Positions 1 through 12,500 of a stretch of DNA of 64,000 bases are shown here, in pieces. The translations under genes and the position numbers were made by a program. Under the pieces are notes generated by a model. The model saw nothing but the letters and a program-made list of their open reading frames with translations, had not been told where the DNA came from and did no database searches. How positions within the stretch are numbered: the first letter of the stretch is position 1; each line of letters starts with the position of its first letter. Source of the DNA: Squalus acanthias (taxonomy: Eukaryota); NCBI GenBank assembly GCA_030390025.1, contig CM059432.1:48672001-48736000 (forward strand). The letters are read 5' to 3'.

Positions 1-1536
1 TCATGAACAATGTCATGAGTGGATAACCCTTGTTGCCCAGTAGCCAGCCTTTGACTAGCTTGACATGGTGGGTCAAGTACAGGTGGCACAGAGGACTGCC
101 GCAGAATGAAGGAATCGTGACTGCTGCCAGGATAATTGGCCTGCATGATGAGCTGCCTGTGGTCGCACACCAGCTGCACATTGAGGGAGTGGAACCCCTT
201 TCGGTTCATGAAAATGGCCAAGGTCACAATGTGCCTGCAGTCAATGGCACCCTGCACCATGGGGAAGCCTTCAATCCATGCAAACCCTTGTGCTCGCTCT
301 GCCTGCTTGTCTCTGGAAAGAGGGAGTGAGATTAAACTGTTTCTCTGTGTATAGAGAGCCTCAGTGACATTGTTTATGCAGCAGTGTACTGCAAACTGCA
401 TGATGTTGCTCATATCTCCAGCAGCAGCCTGGAAGGAGCCAGATGCATAAATGTTAAGAACCACGATCAGCTTGACAGCCACAGGCAATGCTGTCCTTAC
501 CCTGCTTTGAGTGCAAACATGCGCAGCATGCCTACAGTTATGGCTGCAGCAGTTGGCAGATTTCAGTCACGACCTCTTTAGTGAAGCAAGATGTCCCATG
601 TATTTGTCTTCGCTGAAGTTCGCTGAGTAAGAGAATTGCTCCCTAAAGACCCTGGGTGGATATGGCCTCCTGCTGAGAGCCCTTCTCCCCCTCCTCCCTC
701 TTCTCACAGCATGTCCTGCTCTGCGTGGCCTCTTTTCATTTTCCCAGTCATGCTGAATTCCAAGAGGAAGGCCTACCAGGCCACCCATGTCTAGAAGCAA
801 CTTGGTTCAGCACAAGATTTTAAATGAACAAAAAAGTATTTCAGCACCAACCAGACCACTTCCTGTAGACTATTGAAACTTTAGACAAGTATTGGAAAGC
901 TCCAAAAACACACAGAATTGCACCAACAGCCAGAAGAAATAATCCAGCAACTAACCTGTAAGTATGAGAAGTCGCACAACACCAGGTTATAATCCAACAG
1001 CTTTATTTGAAATCACAAGCTTTCGGAGCGCTGCTCCTTCGTCAGCAGCACTCCGAAAGCTTGTGATTTCAAATAAAGCTGTTGGACTATAACCTGGTGT
1101 TGTGCGACTTCTCACATTTGTCCACCCCAGTCCAACACCGGCATCTCCACATCATGGCTACTATCGAAACCTATAAGTAGTTCATGATCCCCTTAAGTAG
1201 CGCTACTTGGGGGGGCGGGGGGGGGGGGGGGTTCTTCATGCCGTTGAACGTATGTTCAGCTGTGCGAGGTTAAGAGATGGCATCGGCTGGAGTGTGGTGT
1301 TCTAAAATGGCAGCACTGGCGTCAAATCAGTGTTGCACACTGATTGACATCATAATCTAACTGCTCTGCGTGCTGTTGGCAGTCGTTAGGTGTGTGGGCA
1401 CAAACTACTGTACCAAGATGGCGTCTGGCATACTACCCGTCAGAAGTGTGCATGCGCATCTAGGCCCCGATGTATGACCTTTAGGAGGCTGATTAGTGTC
1501 TAATACTTGGGTGCTACAGAGCCCAATTTAGCCCCC
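1..1536 (-). mobile_element. PIF/Harbinger transposon remnant (degraded HARBI1-like transposase ~1-790, upstream region and terminus), cut by the window start
   Basis: Minus strand aligns by eye to the transposase at 48870-49640 (GAIDC, NRKGFHS, VQLVCDH-type motifs) with stops and frameshifts. Ends in ccaatttagccccc, like other Harbinger termini here. Confidence 0.85.
965..1167. mobile_element. Penelope-like element end as an inverted duplication, inserted in the Harbinger remnant
   Basis: ~71-bp inverted arms 965-1035 and 1044-1114. TSD-like AACCTGTAAGTA (953-964) / AACCTATAAGTA (1168-1179). Same family as 62476-62562. Hammerhead core on the minus strand. Confidence 0.8.
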
Positions 1537-2860
1537 AATCTCTGCTGATGATAGTTCAGCTCTGTCATGGTGTTTGGCTCACAAACTCCTTCAAGCCAGT
1601 TGCTACAAAGGAATCAGCATTCCTGGCTTTAAATCAGTAGGAATAGCTAAACCAAAAGAAAATTAAAGTCATTCAGAATTCTTTTCAACTGATTTCAAAG
1701 AGGAATGACGATACAGTTATGCAGTTGTGGACGGTTCTTTCATCTCCTGGCGTCCAGAACTTTCCAGCAGGAATCAGCACCTAGTGATCAGGAACAGGAA
1801 ATCTTGTTGACTTTTCCCCTCCCTAACCAGGGGACACCAAGGTCAATTATTTTGGCCCTATTGCCAACCTGTTTAAGATCCGCTGACCCAGCACAGACCA
1901 GACCTGCTCTATTTAGTTCAATATTACACCTTATGGAGCATTTATACACGGAGCCATCAGGCAATCTTTTATTATTGTCTCTATGCTTAGCAGCTGCTAT
2001 CTTTTTTTCATACAGTATAGAATATAGAAAGTGCAGGGGTGAAATTAAAAAGGAAATTAAGAAAGCAAAGAGAGGGCATGAAAAAATATTGGCAAGTAAA
2101 ATCAAGGAAAACCCAAAGATGTTTTATAAATACATTAAGAGCAAGAGGATAACTAAAGTAAGAGTAGGGCCTATTAGGGACCATAAAGGTAACCTGTGTG
2201 TGGAAGTGGAAGACATTCGTATGGTTCTTATTGAATACTTTGCGTCTGTTTCCACAAAGAGAGGGACGATGCAGACATTGCAATCAGGGAGGAGGAGTGT
2301 GAAATATTAGATGAAATAAACATAGTGAAAGAGGAAGTATTAAGAGGCTTAGCATCTTTGAAAGTGGATAAATCCCCAGGCCTGGATGAAATATATCCCA
2401 GACTGTTAAGAGAAGTAAGAAAGGAAATAGCAGAGGCTCTGATCATCATTTTCCAATCCCCTCTGGCTACAGGTGTGATGCCAGAGGACTAGAGGACTGC
2501 TAACGTGGTACCTTTGTTTAAAAAGGGAGAAAGGGATAGACCGAGTAATTACAGGCCAGTCAGTCTAACCTCGGTGGTGGGAAAATTATTGGAAAAATTC
2601 TGAGGGACAGGATAAATCTTCATTTAGAAAGACATGGATTAATCAGGTACAGTCAGCATGGATTTGTTAAGGGAAGGTCATGTCTGACTAACTTGATTGA
2701 ATTTTTTGAGGAGGTAACAAGGAGGGTCGATGGGGGTAGTGCGTTTGATGTAGTCTATATGGATTTTAGCAAGGCTTTTGATAAGGTCCCGCATGGCAGA
2801 CTGGTCACGAAAGTAAAAGCCCATGGGATCCAAGGCAAAGTGGCAAGTTGGATCCAAAAT

Positions 2861-3208
2861 AACAACAGAAAATGCTGGAAAAACTCAGCAGGCCAGGCAG
2901 CATCCGTGGAGAGAGAAACAGAGTTAACGTTTCAGGTCGAACACCTTTCGTCAGAACTGGAAAAAAGCAGGAAATGAAATAGATTTAAAGCAAGTATAAA
3001 GCTGGGAAAAGGGGGAGGGGAGAAAGAACAAAAGGAGAGATTAAGAGACATTGAGAGACATTAAGAGATAATCAAAGCAAGAGGAGGTGTTAATGTGACA
3101 GGTTGAGGCTAAATGAAGTGTGAAATGCACTGGCAGAATGAAGGACAGCTGCCAGCTTCTGGGAGGGGAAAGAAGGGGGGGGCCAAACAAAAGGGTGGAA
3201 GAAAAAAT
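2861..3208 (-). mobile_element. Penelope-like element 3' fragment inserted in the CR1
   Basis: Interrupts the CR1 WIQN/WL codons. TSD-like ATCCAAAAT (2852-2860) / ATCCAAGAT (3209-3217). Homologous to 20440-20984. Confidence 0.85.
2922..2958 (-). ncRNA. Minimal hammerhead ribozyme motif (Penelope-type, family A)
   Basis: Minus strand AGUU-CUGACGA-A-AGGU guucg ACCU-GAAA-CGU-U-AACU: intact core, helices I and II, palindromic AACGUU in place of helix III. Confidence 0.75.
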
Positions 3209-4470
3209 ATCCAAGATTGGCTCAGAGGCAGGAAACAAAGGTTAACGGTCGAAGGGTGTTTTTGTGACTGGAAGGCTATTTCCAATGGGGTTTCGCAGGG
3301 CTCAATACCGGTTCCTTTGCTTTTTGTGGTATATATCAATGATTTGGACTTGAATGTAGGAAGTATGATTAAAAAGTTTGCAGATGATACAAAAATTGGC
3401 CGTGTGGTTGATAGTGAAGAAGAAAGCTGCAGACTGCAGGAAGATATCAATTGTCTGGACAGGTGGGCAGAACAGTGGCAAATGGAATTCAATCTGGAGA
3501 AGTGTGAGGTAATGCATTTGGGGAGGGCTAACAAGGCAAGAGAATACACTATAAATGGTAGGACACTGAGAAGTGCAGAAGATCAGAGGGACCTTGGAGT
3601 CCACAGATCCCTGAAGGTAGCAGGACAGGTAGATGGTGGTTAAGAAAGCATACGGGATACTTGCCTTTATTAGCCGAGGCATAGAATATAAGAGCAGGGA
3701 GGTTGAACTGTATAAAACACTAGTTAGGTTGCAGCTAGAAAACTGCGTGCAGTTCTGGTCACCACATTACAAGAAGGATGTGAATGCACTAGAGGGGGTG
3801 CAGAGGAGATTTACGAGGATGTTGCCTGTGCTGGGGAATTTTAGCTATGGGGAAAGATTGGATAGGCTGGGGTTGTTTTCTTTGGAACAGAGGAGGCTGA
3901 GGGGGGACCTAATTGAGGTGTATAAAGTTATGAGGGGCCTCGATAGAGTGGATAGGAAGGACTTATTTCCTTTAGCAGAAGGGTTAATAACCAGGGGGCA
4001 TAGATTTAAAGTAATTGGTCGGAGGTTTAGAGGGGATTTGAGGAGAAATGTTTTCACCCAGAGGTGGTGGGGGGTCTGGAACTCACTGCCTGAAAGGGTG
4101 GTAGAGGCAGAGACCCTCATCACATTTAAAAAGTACTTGGATATGCAGTTGAAGTGCTGTAACCTACAAGGTTACGGACCAAGTGTTGGAAAGTGGGATT
4201 AGGGTGGATAGTTCTTTGTCGGCTGGCATGGACAAGATGGGCCGAATGGCCTCCTTCTGTGCTGTAAATTTCTATGATTCAGTGAAACACTAAAATTATA
4301 ATGCACACTTATACAGACTAATGTTATTAGAAATTAAGCCAAGGGTAATTAAGTAACTAGAATCAGCATAACATAAATCGAGGAAGACTTTAGCACAAAA
4401 ATGGGAGCTTATCAGTGAAAGACAAAAAGGAAAGCAAGGGCAAACAAACGAGATTTTTGTATCTGAAATG

Positions 4471-5296
4471 TTGCCCTTTTGTTTTCTACGACTTTCTCAG
4501 TGAAAATGTGAAAATTGTACGACGTGATTTGATTCACTCCAATTTTGGAAGTTACTGGATTTATCAGTAAGCTTGCATGGTGGGGAAATGAAATCCTGCA
4601 TTGTTCAGATGACTGAGGATTTGGATTGCTCTCCCAGCTTTCTGTAGCACAGCTGGATGTTATATTTGAGGTATTTTTCCTATGTTCAAAAAAACCTGAT
4701 GGTACTTAACTGAATTAGTTGCTTGACCCATACCAAAGGGAACTGATTTCTATAGAGCAAATTCAGAAACACCCAAATAAATTCCATTCAGATCTATTTG
4801 CATTTTAGTTAAAAATGTTGGGATAAGAATTCCTCTGGTCAGTATGGGTTACGCTTTTGAAAATCCGTTGCTGAAAAAATCCTCTGTTTGATTTGTCCAG
4901 TGAAATTATAAATCCATTGTTTTAGAACATCTGTATAGTTTGTTAAGATATATCGAACAGAGGCGATCTTCACAAACACAGTTATAATATGTGGTATATA
5001 GAGACCACAGGAATTCTTACCTTATGGTGCTTAAATCTACTTATATGACAACGAAGTAGACATTTTAGTGAGTTCCCTGTAGTGAACAATCATTGATCAG
5101 TTTTCTAGGCACACACACTTTTCAGTTTATGCACTTTTCATGCTGCTATCTCAAACAATGCACAATTTGAAGTTACATTACATCACATACTCTTCCCAAT
5201 TAAAGAATAAAGTCGGACCAGCAAAATTGGAGTGAATCAAATCACGTCGTACAATTTTCACATTCACTGAGAAAGTTATAAGTCACAAAAGGGCAA
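4471..5296. repeat. ~75-bp inverted repeat pair flanking ~675 bp of AT-rich DNA
   Basis: 4471-4547 is the reverse complement of 5222-5296; the inner ~55 bp are identical except a 2-bp indel. Confidence 0.8.
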
Positions 5297-5530
5297 AGTT
5301 TAAAGAGCTATTGAGAGCAGAAAAGATCTAGAGGGGTCAGTACTTGGCGAAAAGTTGAGGCTTGTACTAGTACTTTTATAAGAGCACGAATTGGCTGCAA
5401 GAGTTGCACTCAGGCAGCTTGTTTTTGTTAATGGATTGACTTTTTGTTTCTAAGAATACATTTTCTTCCTTTAATGTGTATAGTGCTCAGTTGTACGCTC
5501 TGCTATTGCGTACTTATTGTTATTGTGGGA

Positions 5531-5985
5531 AATCCAGGGATGAGGGACTTCAGTAAACTGGAGAAGCTGGGGTTGTTCTCCTTGGAGCAGAGAAGGTTGA
5601 GAGGAGATTTGATAGAGGTGTTCAAAATCATGAGGGGTCTAGACAGAGTAGATAGAGAGAAACTGTTCCCATTGGTGGAAGGGTCGAGAACCAGAGGACA
5701 CAGATTTAAGGTGATTGACAGAAGAAGCAAAGGCGACATGAGTAAAAACTTTTTTGCGCAGCGAGTAGTTAGGATCTGGAATGCACTGCCTGAAAGGGTG
5801 GTGAAAGCAGATTCAATCGTGGCTTTCAAAAGGGAATTGGATAAGTACCTGAAGAGAAAAAATTTGCAGGGCTACGGGAAAGGGCGGGGGAGTGGGACTA
5901 GCTGAAGTGCTCTTGCAGAGAGCTGGTACGGGCTCGACAAACCGAATGGCCTCCTTCTGTGATCTAACCATTCTATGATTCTATG
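5531..5985 (+). mobile_element. CR1 LINE 3' fragment
   Basis: LGLFSLEQRRLRGDLIEVFKIM C-terminus; tail attctatgattctatg. Confidence 0.93.
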
Positions 5986-6250
5986 TTAACAGCCGTTTTA
6001 GAAAACCTGTTTATCTATTTTCTTAAATGGACATCATCTTGAGAAAGATTGTTTGGCAAATCTTTTCTTATTTATTTATAATCACACATCATGATGGGCA
6101 TTAAATCAGATGCATTGTATTACTTTTGCAGTTTATCAAGTTCTTGAGTAATTTAGAAACCTGTAATTTTGTAGCCCTGGTTCTATTATTTTATGACAGT
6201 GCAACATGAATTGCCATATACATTCCCAGACCCAAAAATGGATATAGTAA

Positions 6251-7144
6251 GGGGTAAGAATTCACTTGGTTGCGCCTCCCGTTAGCGCCTTAAGAGGGCG
6301 CTAATGGGCCGCAAAGCCGCTAACGCCCGGGCGCAGCGATGTTTGCGCCGCTTGAGAACTTAACTTGAGATTGTGCGGCGGCGCTAAAACTTACCGCTGC
6401 GACCACCTGCGCGCGCAGATTGTGACGTCATTCCATGGTGCAACGCCCTTGTGGCGCCCCGTAGCGGAAATTGAGTGGCGCCCCCTGCCTTACCGCCTGG
6501 CGCTTCCAACGACCAGAAGACTGGAACGCTATCAATCGCTGTGGGGCTGGGGGGGGGCGCTATTTAAAGGGGGCCTCTTCCTGTCTTTTATTGTTGGTGG
6601 CATTTTTGAACTACGCATTCTGAGAGAGAGAGGGAGAGACTTCTGGAGAGATTCAACGTTGTGTGAAGGAGTTTTGGGTACTGAGCAGCACTTTGCAGGT
6701 TCATTTTGATTTGCCATTCCTTGTATCGATTTAGCAGAGACTGTGGGAGCTGCACTCTGAGCTCTTTGCCTGGTACGCTCCATTGTTCTTTCCAGCACAT
6801 TTGATGTGCAAGTCTCTCCAGGCCGAGATTCAAGGCAGCAATGAACAGGATGTGGATGGAAAGCAAGATTAACCATCCCCTTTAAGAACTGGCCCGTGCC
6901 ATTGTGTGTGTGTTCCATTGCTGACTGACATTACATGAGCTTCGCCAGCGCTCCGAGTTAGCGCCTCACTGCTCGGCCTTTGCGCCTTAAGAGAGGTGTG
7001 CAGCGCCTGCTTTAGCGCTCCACTCACCTCCCGGGGCGGTAAAAGTGAAGTTTCCTGTCAGTGCCGATAATTAGCGCCAGGCGCTAATATTTGCGTCCGG
7101 ACGATATTTGCGCCCCAAATGGGGCGCGACCTAATTTCTACCCC
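6251..7144. mobile_element. PIF/Harbinger MITE family 1, copy A
   Basis: TIR GGGGTAAGAATT / AATTTCTACCCC, TAA TSD on both sides, many TAGCGCC subterminal motifs; near-identical to 19108-19995. Confidence 0.92.
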
Positions 7145-7471
7145 TAAGAGTTTCACACTAACAGCCACTTCTATGGGCTTTCCACAACTCTAGCCAACAA
7201 TGCAAATAGTTGTTGAAAAAAATGGGGCCAATTCCATTGTTGGTGCTGATCGTGTAACTGGGGCCTGTACATAATCCACCCTCATGTAATTTTGTGCATT
7301 TTCTCCAAGAATTTCAGAGAATCTCAGCAGCCATTTTGTCATGGGAGATGCATGCAGACAAGCTGGTCACTGGCGATTTCAGTGAGGGAAATATAGAAAC
7401 AAAATCAGCAGCAAAAGAGAAATAGTAAGGAGAAACAGAAACACAAAAACAGCAAAGATAAAAAGAAACAT

Positions 7472-7819
7472 GGGGTAAAAATTGGGTAGCGCCCTGAGAG
7501 GGAGGAGGGGCGCTACTGGAAGCAAGCCTCCCCTTTAACTAGCGCCGCCCCGGCCGCAGGTAGGCCCCCCTGACCCCAGCGGACATAGAGTCCGGCGGTA
7601 AATCGGGGGGGGGCGCCACCCAATATTACAGCTGGGGCGCGAACAGGGCGCTGCACACGGCGATGACGTAATCGCCGGTGGTGCAGCGCCGCGCAGCGCT
7701 AATGGTTAGCGCCGCCGCTAACCTCCAGCTGAATTTCACGGGAGGCGTTAGCGGCGCCAGTTGATTTGCACCCCTAAGAGGGCGCTAACGGGAGGCGCAA
7801 ATCAACCGAATTTAGCCCC
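7472..7819. mobile_element. Short PIF/Harbinger MITE
   Basis: GGGGTAAAAATT ... AATTTAGCCCC termini, CAT 3-bp TSD, TAGCGCC motifs. Confidence 0.8.
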
Positions 7820-8560
7820 CATAGGAACAGCGAAGAGTAAAAGATTTGGAGAGCAAATCACTGCAAACAAATGGAGATATGTTAAACAATTTATTAACTG
7901 CATAATTTTTTTAGTGTGTTTGTAGATGTATGTGCAGAAAAAATACAGAGAAATATTTACAAAATGCACAAAAAATGTGTGATTCATGTGAAATGTCTGA
8001 TGACAAAATGGATCCATTAAATGATGCACTGATGCAGTTAAACCTCATATGAACACAAGTGTTTTGGGGAAACATGGGATATAGTAAGTGACTTGTGATT
8101 GTAACCACAAATAAATTATATAAGGTTCCTATCTTTCAATTATATATAAATCTGGCAAAGCTCACCTAAAGCCTTTTTATCTTGGGTATATCTTGACTTG
8201 ACCTTATCAATCCTACCAAAGCAGTTTCTCATAAGATAGATATGCATGAGAAAGGTCATTTGGCCCATCCTAGCTCACCTATCTGGATGGCAAAAATCTA
8301 TAGACCCCCCATCAGAGGTACCAACTTGATCCTAAATAAATCCAATACCCTAGCTGGAAGTTCACACGTTAATCATTTTGTGTGAAGAAGTTCCTGACAT
8401 CACTCCTAAATTTATCTGTTATCAGTTTGAAGCTGTGTTTCTTTGTTCAACTTGAAGTAGTGTTATGGGTTTACCTTTTCTAATATAACTCAATAAAGTC
8501 TACTCTTGCGTCCTTTCAAGGCTCTCCAGGCTTTCTCAAAACTCAGTCCTCTGACACTAC

Positions 8561-8920
8561 GGGGTGAACTTTAACCCACCCACCCGACGGGAACGGGATG
8601 ACTGTGCAGTTAAAATAGCTGCGCAATGGTGTACCGCCCCATCCTCACTCAATTCTCAACCGTCGCCATCTTAATTGGGCCACTTTTTTTTAGATGGCCA
8701 AGTTGCCCGTCTAAATTCAGGCGGGAGCCTCATTACTACATGCAAATCGGGTTCCTATGATGTCTTTAAGACTCCAATAGCATTTTAACGGCCTACTGAG
8801 GGGGGTAAAACCTGGCAGGGAAGAAGAGGAGGCTATCTAAGGTAACTCAAAAACTTCCCGTAGTGGGGCCAGGAGAAGCAGGAATACCCCTCCGCCCCCA
8901 CAAGGAAAAGCAGGCTTAAG
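8561..8920 (+). mobile_element. Partial non-autonomous DNA element (same family as 51260-53977)
   Basis: Shares ttaaaatagctg, atgcaaat.ggg.tcctatga and gtggggccaggag blocks with the element at 51260-53977; right end not located. Confidence 0.55.
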
Positions 8921-9514
8921 CCTGTAAATGGACCGAAGGGAATTTCCGTCTCTCTGAGTTCGGGTCATTGATGTAAATTATGATCAACTGTTGTCCTAGC
9001 ACCAGTGACTGGGGTACTTCACTTAGTATTTGCTCCCACCCATCTCAAACAGTAAAAAGCCTTCCACTTGCGATGCTGTTTGAGCACCTCCAACATATTC
9101 CATTTATATTTTATATTTACAAAATTAGCAGTTTTCATTTTACCAATAAAAAATAGGACATTTTAGAGGTTAAAATCAGTATGTCAACTGGGTAATTCTA
9201 TAATAAAGTAATTCTGTTTTTAGATTCTTGCAAGGAAAAAGCATCTCTTGATTTGTTTCCAATTATGTATATAAGCATATCAAGACAGGATACCTAATTT
9301 CCTTGTCATTTCCCTAACATCAATCACTTTGCATATTAGTGCCCACCAGCATTGATGAATCATCCTATTACCGCTACAAAAGACAAATAGTTGTATGTTT
9401 GAATGGTTCAGTAACTATAATGGCTAAGAGAGTAAAGACAAAATAACATTCCTCCCGTTTATACATATGATACACAATTAAACAGAAGTGCTCCTATTGT
9501 TAATTCTAAGAATC

Positions 9515-12500
9515 AGCCCTCCCATTCCCCATTCATCAACGGTCCCACAATCTTTACTACTTTCCTTACAACCACCATCCAATTGCCTTCCTTCATTCCA
9601 GACTTATGGATCTTGCCCTCACTTCACTACAAAGACAAACACCAACACCAAATCCAGAACAAAAAACAAATTTATTAAACAGCATTTACAAAAAAAAAAT
9701 CACGACTCACGCTTGTGCAAGCCCTGTAGAATTCGCAATATATCGCGATTTTATAAATAAGGAGAAAACACATAGTTTCGTTCAAACAGCTTTATTTCAG
9801 CAGAATGCTGTCAGGTTTTCAAAGTGGACACAAGCAGCCTGTAAAATGGCCGCCGCACCTCGTGGCGGAACATTCTAGACTTTTCGACAGACAGACAAGA
9901 TGGTGTTCCAATAAACATTTGTGCAAGATCGATTAAGATTCAGCACATTGAAGATAATACACGAGACATCATGGGTTTGCAGTATACACATAGATACTGA
10001 AATCGGTCTCCCGGGTACGAATAAAGGCTATTGTACCAAGTAATCAAGGGCCCATCCAAAGACATTAATATGTAAAATCCCAACGACTCTACGATGAGAG
10101 AGCCGTTAGCGGGTAGTTACAGAAAACACTTGGAGGCCCCAAAACCCCTCCAGGGAGAATACCGACCGATTTAACAATGGGAGAAATATTAACAGGTACT
10201 CAGACATTTACGAGTAGCCCCGAAACCCATTAAAAACAGAGATCACCTATACAAGACATTTGAGCGCCAAACCCAAACAAAAGAAAAGGCATTAAGGTTG
10301 GGCGGGAAACGGAAGATTTTGTACTATAATTACAAGCTCCAACCGTCCATCTTTCTCTTATCTTGCTGGTGTTCATCCTCGTGGCTGCTCCTGTGTTCTT
10401 GACTCGCCGTCTTGTTCCTGCTTGCCTGGTGTCTCTTTTAAAAGACTGTTGAACTTTGTGATCCGTTCGGATCTACCTCGTGTCGTGTCACGAAGACCTG
10501 TGTTGGTAACCGGCATCGGAACCAAAGGCCCGAGAAGAGATGAGATGAGATGAGAAGAGACGAAGACCATACTTATCGCCACGGTCAGTAAGCCCCGACC
10601 GCGCCTATAGGTCGAATAGACATTTTTCCTTGCCAGGAAGACTTCTTTGAACTTTAAAGAACGGACCCCGGAAGATTCTTCTTTGAGATATTGACTGATC
10701 TGTGAAACCCATCAGGGCAGATCCTCATGACGGACACCGAGAGATTATTCTCTTAAGTGTTGACTGGTACGTGAAACCCACAAACACAGATCTTCATAAC
10801 AACAGACGTTCCAGCCTGCTAGCCGGAGCAGAAGCAAGTAAACAAGTGGGGCCAGGAGACCCCCTGATCGACACGTGGGTGCTGCGGTGAAAACATCCGA
10901 TCAGCTATTCGGAATTTCTCCGAGTTATCACGAGTGGTGAGCATGAGTCTCGAATCCTACGAATCTAGCTAGGACAGATATTGATAGGGGAGGGTTTAAG
11001 TACTAAGGATAATTGTAATGTGTGCCCCCATTTACGGTGTGTCGTTCGTTCCTCGTTTCCCTAGAATTAGTTACATAACTGCGTGTAAGATTGTACTGTC
11101 ATTAATCTGTGCTTATGACATGTATTTCGTAATCTTAAACATTATGCAATAAAGATTTTCCATTTCGTACCATTCAACCGAGTCTACATGAGTTTCATCT
11201 CCATTACTGCTCTCGCATCTAAGTCCAGTGTCTAGAACCGTAAGGGCGAGTGATTCGAACCACTCACAGGTGTGTCTAGTGTTCCCAGACTGGCTGGAGA
11301 CCAGAACAGGCAACAAGGCCTAAACCCGCACTGACATACAGGCTGCACAGAGCCACGCGAATCTCACAGGCGGAGAGACACGCTCGCAAACCCTTACAGC
11401 CCTTAGTGCCTGTCTTGTGTGTTCATTTTCCTAGTCTCGTGCTCCTACGAAGTGTTTCCCCAGTGGCTACAGCTTGGGAGGTGGAAGACTGCTGAGCTTC
11501 CATTGAGTACACTTCAGATGGCCTTGGAGGACAACCTCAAGCAGCTCTGGGCCATGAGGGCTCGGCTGCAGACAGCAGCATCTCGCGCAGGCTACAGCAG
11601 TCTGGGCTGGCTGGCTGTGTGGCACTATCAAGAGCACTGGCGGGGCAGTAGGCATGCTGTCCTCCTGAGAGAGGACAGCATGTGCTTCTCTCATGGAGCC
11701 AAGGCCACTCTCTTGGGGCGGTGCCGCAGCATTCTTTGGGCTCTGCTCAAGAACAGACTGCAAGAGTGATGTGACGCTCCAGAAGCCCCTTTCTACAGTG
11801 GCCCCCCAAAGTCAAGATGGCAGCCGTCTGAGCTTCCATGCCAGCAGTGTGTGCTGCCATAGTAGCCCTATGATCTTCCCTGGCAATAGTATCTGTAATA
11901 AAAGCTGTCATAAGATTCTCCATCATGGTGCGTTCTACTGTGGTGCTGATGGAGTTGACTATTCGATCCGTGTTAGACAGATTGGTCTCCACGCTGTACA
12001 CAAAGCCTTAAGACAAGTTGGAGCTGGACACCTCCATGCTCTGCGACATTGTGCACAAACCTGTGCACCAAACATTTCCTGGTAGATGCCCATCAGTCTT
12101 CTTCGGTAGCCTAGGTCCTTGATGTCTGCAGCTGAACTCGTATGTAACCTCGCCCACCAGTGAGCTGGCGCTGTGGCATCCTAACCCTCTGTCCTAGCTC
12201 CTGTGCACTTGTGCCCAGTGAGTCACCACGAGCAGATACCTCCTCTAACCTAGCCTATAAAGTCTGCATGGTGCCAGTATCTGAGCTGATACTTGCTAGA
12301 GTCAGATTGACTGATGGCGTGAGATTGAGATTGCAAACAAGATTGAGTCAATTAGGTGAGGGCTCACAATTGAGGGATGTTTCCTATGTGGCATTGAACA
12401 GCTGATATAATAGGTGTGCTGGTATCACCCTGTTAATGTGGATGAAGGTGTTCCCAAGTTCTCCATTCAAATAATTGCTGTTACAGGAGATGGTGACACA

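Larger units (their letters stand above)
2019..4281 (+). mobile_element. CR1 LINE, 5'-truncated ORF2 (RT) with frameshifts
   Basis: YMDFSKAFDKVPH, QGS..PLLF, KFADDTK, RRLRGDLIEVYK motifs; 3' tail ttctatgattc. Confidence 0.95.

Noticed and set aside
6532..6918. 128-aa ORF (MEHTHNGTGQ...) repeated at 19233-19769 and 30107-30298
   Set aside because: Lies inside MITE copies. Identity reflects recent duplication, the third copy has an early stop and no domain is recognisable.
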